From assembly GCA_010909165.1 (NCBI GenBank), contig MU008169.1:1736001-1800000 (forward strand): a stretch of 64,000 nucleotides of DNA, written 5' to 3'. This DNA is from Anthoceros angustus (taxonomy: Eukaryota > Plantae > Anthocerotophyta). Positions within the stretch are counted from its first letter, which is position 1. Each line of letters opens with the position of its first letter. Below the pieces are notes generated by a model. That model searched no databases, had not been told where the DNA came from, and saw only the letters and a list, made by a program, of their open reading frames with translations. Position numbers and translations under genes: made by a program. This document shows positions 36,290-47,606 of the stretch, in pieces.

Positions 36290-39200
36290 TCAGACATTCT
36301 TTGTCTGTCTCTTCCTTGCCCAACTCTTAGGCTGCGTCTCATTCCCAACCAGAAAGCTGTGCACCTGCCCGTCCACACCTGTCCACCAGCTCTGACCTGG
36401 CTGCTTCCGTGCCCTGCATCTCATTCTCCTTTCACGCATCTTCTGTGCCTGCTCCCACATCTGGGCACCGGTGTATATGTTTGACATCAACACATACGCC
36501 GCAGCATCTTTCTGGTCCAGCTTCATTGCTTCGTTGAAAGCATGGCATCCCACCTCCACGTTGCTCCACTTTCGACAGGCACCCAACAGAGAATGCCAAA
36601 CTGCAACATTGGGCTGCACAGGCATACCCCTGACAAGATCTAGTGCCTCGTCAAGTCGGCCTGCTCGGCCCAGAAGATCCACCATGCACGTGTAGTGCTC
36701 CATGGTGGGGGCGATCCCGTAGTATTTTCTCATAGCCTCGAAGTACTCCCGTCCCTCATTCACCATGCCCGCATGACTGCATACTGCCAGTATACTAAGG
36801 AATGTGACGCCAACTGGCTGTATGCCATCCTCTCTCATTTTCTGCACCAAGTCAAAGACCCCTTCACTGTCTCCTTGACAGGTGTAGCCTGCTATCAGTG
36901 CATTCCAGGCGACAACATCCCTTTGGGGCAACTCATCAAACACCTGCTGCGCATCGACCATGCTCCCAGACTTTCCATACATGTTTATAAGACTGCTTGC
37001 TACAAACAAATCAGCTTGAAGCCCTTGTTCTTCAATTTGTGCATGTAGATCCCTTCCCAGATGCAGAGCTGCCACATTTGCACATGCCTGCAGGAGGCAT
37101 ACAAATGTCACTGAATCAGGTACAGTAATGCCCTCTTCTTGCATTCCACTGTAGAGATGCAGGGCCTCCTGGCCCATGCCCTGCTCAGAATACGCTGCTA
37201 TCATTGCGTTCCAAGTCACTGCATCTTTCTGGCCAAGCCCTTCAAACACTCTCTGAGCATCCTCTAAGCTGCCACACTTTGCATACATGTTCACCAGACT
37301 ATTGGCTACAAATACGTCAGTTTCATTTCCAAACTCTCCAATTTGTGCATGAAGCTGCTTTCCCTTCTCCAAAGCTGGGGTCCCCATACTTGCACACGCC
37401 TGCAGGAGGCACACATACGTCACAGAATCAGGTGCAGTGATGCCTACTTCCTCCATATCACTGTAAAGGTCCAAGGCTTCCTGCCCCATGCCGTGCTGGG
37501 AATACCCTGCTAGCATTGCATTCCATGTCACCACATCTTTTTGATCAAGTCTGTCAAACACCGCCTTACCAGCCTCGAGGCTCCCACATTTTGCATACAT
37601 GTTTACCAGACTGTTGGCCACAAAGACATCAGCTTCAAGTCCTCGTTCTCTAATTTGCTCATGAAGCTGCTTCCCTTTCTCCAAAGCTGCAGTCCCAACA
37701 CCTGCACATGCCTGCAGGAGGCAAACAAACGTCACAGAATTAGGTTCAGCCATGCCTTCCTCTTGCATCAGAGCGTACAGATGAAGGGCTTCCTGCCCAA
37801 TCCCCTGTTGGGAACACCCTGCTATCATGGCATTCCATGTAACCACATCTTTCTGAGCAAGTCCCTCAAAGACTCTCTTAGCATCCTGTAGGCTACCACA
37901 CTTTGCATACATGTTCACCAAGCTGTTGGCTATGAATACATCAGCTTGATGTCCTTCTTCTCCAATTTGAGCATGAAGCTGTTTCCCCTTCTCCAGAGCT
38001 GGGACCCCCACATTTGCACATGCCTGCAGGAGGCACACAAATGTCACAGAATTGGGTACAGCGAAATCTTCCTTTTGCATAGCACTGTAGACACGAAGGG
38101 CCTCCTGACCCATGCCCTGTTGGGCATACCCTGCAATGAGAGCAGTCCACGTCACCACATCCTTTTGACCAAGTTCTTCAAACACCCTCTCAGCATCTTC
38201 CAAGCTGCCACACTTTGCATACATGTTTACCAAACTGTTTGCTACAAATACCTCACCTTGATGCCCTTGTTCTATAATCTGCACATTAAGCTGCTTCCCC
38301 ATCTCCAAAGCTGATGCACCTACACTTGCACATGCCTGCAGGAGGCATGAAAATGTCACAGCATTGGGTACAGCGGTGCATTCTTCTTGCATAGCACTAT
38401 AAACACGAAGGGCTTGCTGGCCCATGCCTTGCTGGGAATATCCTGCTATAATAGCATTCCATGTCACCACATCCTTTTGAGCAAGTCCATCAAACACTCT
38501 TTGAGCATCCTCCAAGCTGCCACACTTTGCATACATGTTGACCAAATTGTTCCATACAAACACATCAGTATGATGTCCTCCAAACTGCGCGTGGAGCTGC
38601 TTCCCCTTCTCAAGAGCTGGGGTGCCCACACTTGCACAGGCCTGCAGCAGGCAAGCAAGTGTCACAGAATCTGGTACAGCAACACCTTCTTCTTGCATAA
38701 CATCATAAAGATGAAGAGCTTGCTGCCCCAAGCCCTGTTGGGAATACCCTGCAATTAGAGCAGTCCACGTCACCACCTCTTTTTTAACAAGTCCGTCAAA
38801 CACTCTCTGTGCCTCCTCTAGGCTGCCACACTTTGCATACATGTTCACCAAACTGCTGGCCACAAACACATCAGCTTGATGCCCTCGTTCTCTAATTTGC
38901 ACATGCCTGCAGGAGGCACACAAATGTCACAGAATTGGGTACAGCGAAATCTTCCTTTGCATAGCACTGTAGACACGAAGGGCCTCCTGACCCATGCCCT
39001 GTTGGGCATACCCTGCAATGAGAGCAGTCCACGTCACCACATCCTTTTGACCAAGTTCTTCAAACACCCTCTCAGCATCTTCCAAGCTGCCACACTTTGC
39101 ATACATGTTTACCAAACTGTTTGCTACAAATACCTCACCTTGATGCCCTTGTTCTATAATCTGCACATTGCTGCTTCCCCATCTCCAAGCTGATGCCCAC

Positions 39201-41151
39201 ACTTGCACATGCCTGCAGGAGGCATGAAAATGTCACAGCATTGGGTACAGCGGTGCATTCTTCTTGCATAGCACTATAAACACGAAGGGCTTGCTGGCCC
39301 ATGCCTTGCTGGGAATATCCTGCTATAATAGCATTCCATGTCACCACATCCTTTTGAGCAAGTCCATCAAACACTCTTTGAGCATCCTCCAAGCTGCCAC
39401 ACTTTGCATACATGTTGACCAAACTGTTCCTACAAACACATCAGTATGATGTCCTCCAAACTGCGTGGAGCTGCTTCCCTTCTCAAGAGCTGGGGTGCCC
39501 ACACTTGCACAGGCCTGCAGCAGGCAAGCAAGTGTCACAGAATCTGGTACAGCAACACCTTCTTCTTGCATAACATCATAAAGATGAAGAGCTTCCTGCC
39601 CATGCCCTGCTGGGAATACCCTGCAATTAGAGCAGTCCACGTCACCACCTCTTTTTAACAAGTCCGTCAAACACTCTGAGCATCCTCCAAGCTGCCACAC
39701 TTTGCATACATGTTCACCAAACTGCTGGCCACAAACACATCAGCTTGATGCCCTCGTTCTCTAATTTGCGCATGAAGCTGCCTCCCCTCCTCCAAAGCTG
39801 GGATACCCACAAGTGCACATGCCTGCAGCAGGCACGCAAATGTTACCGCATCTGGTACGGCCTTGCCTTCTTCTTTCATTGCATCGTAGAACACAAGGGC
39901 TTCCTGTCCTTCTCCCTGCTGGCAACACCCTGCTATCATGGCATTCCATGTCACCACATCTTTTTGACCAAGTCCATCAAACACGCTGTGGGCATCGTCT
40001 AGGCTGCCACACTTTGCATACATGTTCACCAAACTGTTGGCTACAAACACATCAGCTTCATGTCCATGCTCTTTGATTTGTGCATGAAGCTGCTTCCCGA
40101 CCTCCAAGGCCGGGATCCCCACACTTGCACATGCCTGCAGGAGGCACACAAATGTCACGGAATTTGGTACAGCCAGGCCTTCTTCTTGCATAGCACTATA
40201 AAGCCGAAGGGCTTCCTGGCCCATCCCTTGCTGGGAATACCCTGCAATCAGAGCAGTCCACGTCACCACATCTTTTCTACCAAGTTTGTCAAACACTCTC
40301 TGAGCATCTTCCAAGCTGCCACACTTTGCGTACATATCCACCAAGCAAGTACAAACAAACAAATGAGGCTCAACACCACTGGCCAACAAGTCAGCATGCA
40401 CCTGCTGCCCAACTTTCAAGTCCGAGGCCTTGGAACAAGCCTGAAGAGCTGCCACAAACACATGGCCATCCGGCTTCACACCTGCCCTCCGCATCCGATG
40501 ATACAGTTGTATGGCCTGCTTGTCTTGACCGTGTTTAACATGCGAAGAAATTATGGCAGACCACATGAAGGCATCTGGGTCGGGAACCTCGGCAAACACA
40601 TCCATCGCGTCTTGCAACCTGCCATGAAAAGCATACATTCGCAGGATGTGAGTGCCCAGGAACGTGTCCCAATGGTACCCCTTTTTCACCGTGAAAGCAT
40701 GCACCCGGCGACCTAGAACAAGATCCTTCTGGACCACACATTTCTTCAGGACAGTGTAAAGGAGAGATTTGGAGATAGAAAAGCCTATCTGCACCAAAAC
40801 TCCCAAAGCCTCCACAGCCTCCGTGACATGCCCCTCAACACATAAGTTGCTCACAATTTCACCAGTTACGCCCATTTCGAATCCTGCAGGCCTGGGAGGG
40901 TAAGAATCATCCGCCAGAGCTGGCTTGTTGAAGTTTTTCTGGCAGACGACCTCCCGGGACTCCCACAACAGCTCCTGACCCGGACCTTCGCCTGAAGATC
41001 CCTCCCCAGCCAAACATTCTCTTGGACGGCCTCGATTTCTTCCGGAGGTGATGCATCTCGCGGCCTTCTTGTTTGCCAACGCTTTGTTCCTCGAAGTCAC
41101 GTCAGCAGGAGCTCTTCCTAGAATTCGCGTCAACACGCTCCACACAGCCAT
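36290..41151 (-). CDS. PLS-class PPR protein, E+/truncated DYW:WW type; frame broken in this assembly by an internal duplication at 38895-39763
   Basis: ORFs 39667-41211 and 36290-38923 join in frame if one ~870-bp duplicate is removed. About 10 PLS triplets, P2-L2-S2, E1, E2 and PG box KQPGQSWWTGVDGQVHSFLVG followed by a stop. Confidence 0.88.
38012..39769. repeat. Tandem duplication inside PPR gene 2 (883 bp + 869 bp copies)
   Basis: Junction microhomology atttgc at 38012, 38895 and 39764; the second copy carries many 1-2 bp deletions. Confidence 0.9.
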
Positions 41152-41541
41152 GCCTCGTCCGAATCCAGACGGTGTGAAACCATCATCTCCGCTCGTGACG
41201 AGTAAAAACAACTACCTAGTCGACTCGACCAGATGCATGGGGAAAAAAGCCAAACTAAATTCCATGCATCGGTCGGCATGATGCATTCCCTATGCGACAT
41301 CTGCTGTCACTTGGTGAACCGTCTTTTCGATAGTCTGGTAATGCGCGCGGGCATGGTGGGTGATATTACCAGCAGCTTTAAAAATCGTTGAGACTTCCAG
41401 CGAAGAACAGGTTCTCCTTGGTTCACCTTGTCCGCTACTACGTTCTGCAGCGGCAAAGCTCTACACAGCACTGCACATCCAAGGGCCAGTAATCGGCGAA
41501 CTCGACACCTAGTTTCTGGTCCCCTGGATGTTTACGTTGCT

Positions 41542-43480
41542 CTATCTCAGTAAGTACGCAATAGCTCCAACAAGTGCGCCTCCTAAGTGACCGGCATGAC
41601 TCGTCTCCGAAGACTCCTGTTTTACCACGCCACAGCATGTTCAGCTAGATGATGAGACTGGAACAACCAAAAAGTAGAAGATGGGAACCAGAATCGTCTC
41701 GACTCACATTTGCAGCAGAAAACAAATCGGACCCGATAAGGAGAATACCCTGCGAACCAACCGTCCTGTCAGCACCCACGTGTCTTACACACCAGAGGGA
41801 AGCTTGGAGAGCTATCAACGACAGTCTGGTAAGACGAGCACAACGCTGCACAGGGATAACTCACAAGGAGAGCGGCAGGGACAGGGATGAAGAAGTTGAC
41901 GTAAATGGTTCTCGTAGGATTCAGAAGGACATTGAAGATGATAATGGCATTGACAGCTCCACTTGCACCCTGTCAACAAACACCGCTAACACTGTGAATG
42001 ACAGCTCATGTTCTCTGCCTGATATCTACTATCTCCAGCACTTGAATTTGTCAACATACAAGTGACCCCTTTTACAATGAGGGGGGCACATTAGAAACCT
42101 CTTGAGCTTACCATGGCACCAGGAGCATAGCTAGGATTGTAGTACGCCCTTGGAATGCTCTGCTCGAGCGCAACAAGATGTTAGAAGCTCACCTGCAAAT
42201 ACCAAAGCTACACCACACAGAACATACCTCCCGTGCTACAGGAAAGCTATTAAGCATCTTGGTTCTTACCTTGGCCCATGGTACGTAGTAAGCCCAGTAC
42301 AGCACGTGCCCTACAGATCCGGCTATGCCGCCAGCAAGATACAGTCCCACCAGATACTTTGGTCCGAAGAGATATGCAATCTTCAGCAGAACGTTAACAG
42401 AGGAAACAGTGAGAAAACTGCATTATCTTGCCTTTGTGAGTAGCTCAGAGAGCAACGAATCAAGCACCGCACCCAACCTCAGTGCCAAAGAAGTAGAGAC
42501 CAATCATGTTGGTGAAGAGATGCTGAAAGGAAGATTGGCTGAAAGCACTGGTTACAAGTGTGTGGATGCGACCCCTCATCAATGTATCATAAGAGACCTT
42601 CAAACAGGTGATCAATTCAGATGCGCATCAACTGAGTTTCACCCATCATCCAGAGATCCAACAGAAAGCTTCAACAGGTAGGTACCTGAAAATGCCTGAC
42701 CATAAATCGTGTATCTCCCATCTGCCACAGGAAGAATACAAACGCGTTCACACCAATCAAGGCCCACACAGCTTGCTCACCAGATCCGCCTCTGCATGTG
42801 TCAACCCCGAGGAACAAAGTAATTTGAATCAATTGATGGGACTGAGAGAAGTCTACCACTCAGCACGTTCTCTTTCTGTGAGCCAGCATTGTGAGAAAAG
42901 AAAGGCGTCAGATGCAAACACATGAATCGGAGCGAATTGTCAAGCTGTTCTCGATAATCAAGACCACAGACGCGTCCGGCTGGAATTCCAGGTCACAAGA
43001 GCTGTTACCCTAGAGGTAAGCAAGGGCAGTGGAGGCTTGCCCGTATATCGTTCTCCGCAGGTACCGCTGCACTCCGTGCATAGCAGAGCTCTTGCGCATT
43101 AGACCCCTGCCGCCTCCCGCCGGCCAGCGGGTGAAGCTCTGAGCTCCCTCCCCCACACTCTTGCTAACAATCCAGCGCTGCATCCCAGGAAGCACCATGG
43201 TGCGGCTGCCTGCAGCTCCAGCTCCAAGCCCCCGGATACCACTCCTGCCGAGCGCGACGGCAACAAAGCCCAGGTCAGATTGCCAAGGCCTGCCACCAGA
43301 AGACGGGGCGGATTTTCTCTCCGGGAGTAGGAATCCGCCATAGCTGCCGCTGGTCTTGCTCCCGCTCTCGATCGGGAAGTGGAAGGCATGGCTGGTGCTG
43401 TCTTCCGAGCGGAACAAGAATCCGGCCTTCCCAGACTCCTGCCATCTTCGCAATCCTCGCAGCAGCTCTCTCGCCTTCAT
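41542..43480 (-). CDS. RBL12: PARL-type mitochondrial rhomboid protease, RBL12-like; about 8 exons
   Basis: Exons: AVWALIGVNAFVFFLWQ..RFMVRHFQ | GRIHTLVTSAFSQ..HLFTNMIGLYFFG | IAYLFGPKYLVGLYLAGGIAGS | GASGAVNAI..FFIPVPAALL | GILLIGSD | SHAGHLGGALVG. Catalytic GASG Ser and HLGG His present; stop TAG at 41542-41544. Confidence 0.88.
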
Positions 43481-43747
43481 CCTACCTTGGCACACTACGT
43501 GCAACCATGCACACAGACTTGCTTCTCATCTGTTCCTCGAAAGGGACATCGAAATACATGCCTGCCCTAATCGACCGAGCTTCAGGCGTGGAGGACCAAT
43601 CTGGTCTCTACTTTAATTTACTTCCGAAGTTGACGACCTACACATACAATTGAGCTGACTCCACCCTAACTGTAGATGCCGTATTCAGCTCAGCTCTGGT
43701 ACCTACACTCTCCGCTCTACAATCTACACTGGCCCCAGCAACGTGAC

Positions 43748-44764
43748 TCAAATCTTGGCCCAAGACTTTTTTCGACGCATAGCTTGTTGCTTCACGAAGT
43801 TCTTCTTTCCAGCTTGCTTTTGAACCTGGATCTCCTCGTACTTCCGTTTCCTGGTATAAGCAAGCGCAACACAACGTGTCTCGTAAATCACAGCGAACTA
43901 ACAGGCGACAGAAAAACCCCATACCCTTCATTCCTACCCCGCCAACCCGTAGCCTGCCTTGCTAGCTGAAAAGGCCACACACAAACCTGTAGGATCGCAA
44001 AGAAGAATCAGCAAGCAGCTCATCCGCAAAGGAGGCCCTCTGTTCCCGTTTCGTCAGCCGTGCCGAGTAGAAATCAGCCGGTCCTTGGATCACTTTCCCA
44101 ACCTGCCACATCCCAGGGCTTACCATCAGAATACAAGTCCAATCAAACCCCCGTCTCAGTTCCCGCCTCTAAAACATTCACTCCAAATGAGACGCAGTAC
44201 GCAGCACCAGTACCTGAAACTTCTGCGGCAACGCCTTGGAGTCCGGAGCTTTGTAGTGCCGCTTCGGATCCATCACATTCCTCAGCTGCAAAACCAAAGC
44301 CGGAGGCACACAAATTCAGCGAAATCCACCATCCTCCACCCGCACACAATCCAGGGACGCAAGACCACGCGACAACTCACTCACACGTAGTAGCTCGATA
44401 TCCTTCTTCAGCTCGGGAGTCAGGGCCGGCGCTGGCATATCAGCCCTGTGTCCAGCACCACGCGAATTCATAAAAAATCCACACTTTGCAAACCTCAACT
44501 CACTACCATCCCATTGCAGCCAGCTTTCAAAACCTACCAATCCTTGCTGTTAATCTCCTTCCGCTTTGCACGAACATCCTTCAAAACAGGAGCCAGGGGT
44601 TCCAGGGCTACATAGTCGTCCACCTCCTTCTTCTTCTCCTTCCTCTTCGACCAGCCTGCCGCTCCCTGCAGCAAGCTATCCTCCCACCTTCCACCACCGC
44701 TGGTCGAAGCCTCCTCAATGGGCAGACCAGTATCAGGCCTCCAGACAACCTCCAGGCAGTCCAT
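43748..44764 (-). CDS. FCF2: Fcf2 pre-rRNA processing protein; 5 exons
   Basis: KDW|ADMPAPALTPELKKDIELLR|LRNVMDPKRHYK...LPQKFQ|VGKVIQGPADFYSARLTKREQRASFADELL|RKRKYEEIQ; stop TGA at 43748-43750. Confidence 0.9.
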
Positions 44765-46717
44765 TGCGGCTACAGAGCTCGCCAATTGCCCCAAAATTCA
44801 GGACTACCAAGCTCGAACAGCTTATTTACATATATAGACGTCAAGCCCTATAATAGCCATAAGCGACTAAACCAGAGGTATAGGTAGTTAATTTTGCATG
44901 CTTGGGATTCCCCATCTCGCTCTTCTCCATTTTACATGCTTACATGGCCTCTTTATATAGCATATTTAGGTTATTTATATAAGCTAAATAACAGAAATAC
45001 TTATGCGAATAATATCCCCTTCTAAAAAAGATGAACAACTTTATTTACAGGAAAGAGATGGAGATGGAGTGAACTCATCTATACCTTAAAGGAGTGAACT
45101 CATCCATACGTGAAAGGCTAATGCGGGAGACTCCAAGGATGAGAATAAGAGGGAGCAACAAAGCTTGGATCTAAAATATCTACAATATCCTTACTAGATA
45201 AATCAAAAGACCTACATACAACACGATTACCATTCAAATGAAGCTTTCTATGCTTTCCATAATCCTTCTAAAAGAATGGGTCCATCATATTATTAGAGAC
45301 TTAAAGATCAAGTTCCGATTTTTGATTGAGGGGTCAAATGGTAGTACTAACGTAATGGAGTAGAGGAGGGTGCAAGTTATCATTTTCGATTTAAAGCTTA
45401 AGTGACCACAATTTGAAGTAGTGTCTAAGATTTATAGTAGTGCAGCGAAGATGTGGCAAGTTGAGCAGATGGGGTCAGTTAAGACGTGTCTCAAACTGAA
45501 AGGATTACTACCAGGGTGTCATCTTGACCCCGTCCCAAGCTCGGTCCCGGTCCCGGTCCCGGCATGTGTTAAAAAAAACATGGGACGGAGGTTCTTGAGT
45601 CCGGTCCCCACCCTCGGTCCCCTATTACCCTTGAGGACCGAGGATTCATAAAAGGTCCGGTTTAAAATTAGTAAATTACTTAATTTTATATCCAAGGATT
45701 TATATTTATTATGGACACCTGGACCCATCTACTTAATTTTATATCCAAGGATTTATATTTATTATGGACACATGGACCCGTCTGCGGCTAAGTCTTCGAG
45801 CCCGCTTGCACGTTCGTATAAATCGACACACCTCATGTGATTGGAGGGTCAATTTGTTCAGCTCACAAGGACTAAATAACGCACACCGCCCTTACGTGGA
45901 TGCCACGGTGTTTTCGATGTCGAGAAAACACCGGGCAAGTCCGCGTTTTTCGACATCGAAAACACCGCATGGACCAATGGCGGTGTCAATCCTTATTTTT
46001 ATGAGTTTTTTTACTGTGATGTTATCCAACTTGTACGAAAGGGCGCTTACAAAACTAGCACGAACATGCCCAAGGTATGTGAAGGCCGCTCTCGAGAGCG
46101 GACAGGAGGAGAATGCCCGCCTTTGAGCCGCAGAGGAGAGTGCTCGCCGTTGAGCCGCAGAGGAGAGTGCCCGCTGAGCCGCGAAGAGAGTGCCCGCCAT
46201 TGAGCCGTGGAGGAGAATGCCCGTTGAGCGCGAAGAGCGCTCGCCAAGAGCCGCGTCCTTGACTTCGTGTGTCTTTGTGGAGGATCGCCCATCTTTGCTG
46301 CAGCCTTCGTGAGGTAATTCAAGGTATTCGGGGCAATCGAATTTTGGATGGCACAACGGGCTCTCTAAAGTTTCTGCGACCTCGGCTTGACATAACAAGC
46401 TCTCTATCTCAAGGTTTGGTGTTTCTAGGCTTTTAGGTTTGGCTATGGCTGGGCAACAAGGTCATGGTGGTGAGTCTTCACTACAAAGACGGCCTTCCCA
46501 AACTTTTCAAGTTATCTATTTGGCTCGGGAGGGTCAGGTTCAAAGCTACAACTTTGAGCAGTCCTCTCGACGTGGAGCCAACCTCCAAGTCAACAAATAT
46601 CACAAGGATGCTCCCTCATGAGCGCAAGCATTCTCAATGCCTCGCTTGGAAGTGTCATGCTAGGCTCTGGTTTCAAACGGCTTGCACCAGGCAATGTCAT
46701 TGACCTAGAAACTGGTC

Positions 46718-47506
46718 ATGAGGTTCCAATTTTCACAGGACACTGGCACAGGGTCAAAGAAGCGTAGGGGTAAAAGCAAAAAACACTTGGAACTTGAAGG
46801 GGAGGATCAGGTTCGAAGGACAAGTGGTGGAAGGGGTCCACAATGGACTGAACACCATACCATCCACTTGATCCACCTTAGGGATTCTATGGAGGAGGAT
46901 TTCAACAAAGCACCCAAGCAAGGTATCGACATGTGGAACAAGCTCTACACGAGATTATGTGCGGTCTGCCCGGATTTCGACAAGGATTCTGAGGCATGTC
47001 ATCGGAAGCACAAGAGCCTTATGAAGGATTACAGGAAGGACAAAGCTGAGAACGAGACAAGTGGGCATGGAAGGTATGATAAATGTAAGTTTTTTGATCT
47101 CATGGATGAATACCATGGTAAACGTCCTGTGGTCAATTGCCATGCACATGCCAGCTCCCTTCCTAGGACATTTGCTACGCCCGGGGGGGGCTCTGTGGAC
47201 TCTACCATGGGCTCTACTTTTTTGGATGTCACAGATGGTTTGGAGAGTGAACCTGAGCCACCACCAGATGGTGAGCCCATACACCAAGAATCAGATGGTC
47301 AAGCCCCGTTAACATGTGGCCAAAAAGAGAACAAGGCAAGAAAGGGAGACCCAAGACTGGCAACTATGGAACAGATGGCCAAGCACACAGAATGTTTATT
47401 ACAAGAGTACAAGGCAGTTGAAGCGCAGAAGTTGACTTTACTCCAATCCATGAACGACACACTTGGCAACTTGGCAACATACTTGATGCACAAACAGAAC
47501 ACATGA
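46718..47506 (+). CDS. Harbinger Myb/SANT-like (trihelix) DNA-binding protein, 262-aa open frame; may have an upstream exon from 46445
   Basis: QWTEHHTIHLI...MWNKLY...DKDSEACHRKHKSLMKDYRK...KCKFFDLMDE, plus C-terminal coiled-coil-like segment. Confidence 0.8.
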   Translation: MRFQFSQDTGTGSKKRRGKSKKHLELEGEDQVRRTSGGRGPQWTEHHTIHLIHLRDSMEEDFNKAPKQGIDMWNKLYTRLCAVCPDFDKDSEACHRKHKSLMKDYRKDKAENETSGHGRYDKCKFFDLMDEYHGKRPVVNCHAHASSLPRTFATPGGGSVDSTMGSTFLDVTDGLESEPEPPPDGEPIHQESDGQAPLTCGQKENKARKGDPRLATMEQMAKHTECLLQEYKAVEAQKLTLLQSMNDTLGNLATYLMHKQNT

Positions 47507-47606
47507 GCTAGTTTTGGTAGAATTTGCATTTCTAGTTTCTATTGTTCACCTTCGGTCTCAGACTTTGAGCCAAGGGCTGGTTTTGGAAATTTAAGTGTTT
47601 TAGTTT

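Noticed and set aside
36290-36420. DYW:KP (U-to-C) editing factor
   Set aside because: The box reads PGQSWW (WW type), not KPAxA, and the catalytic segment is absent
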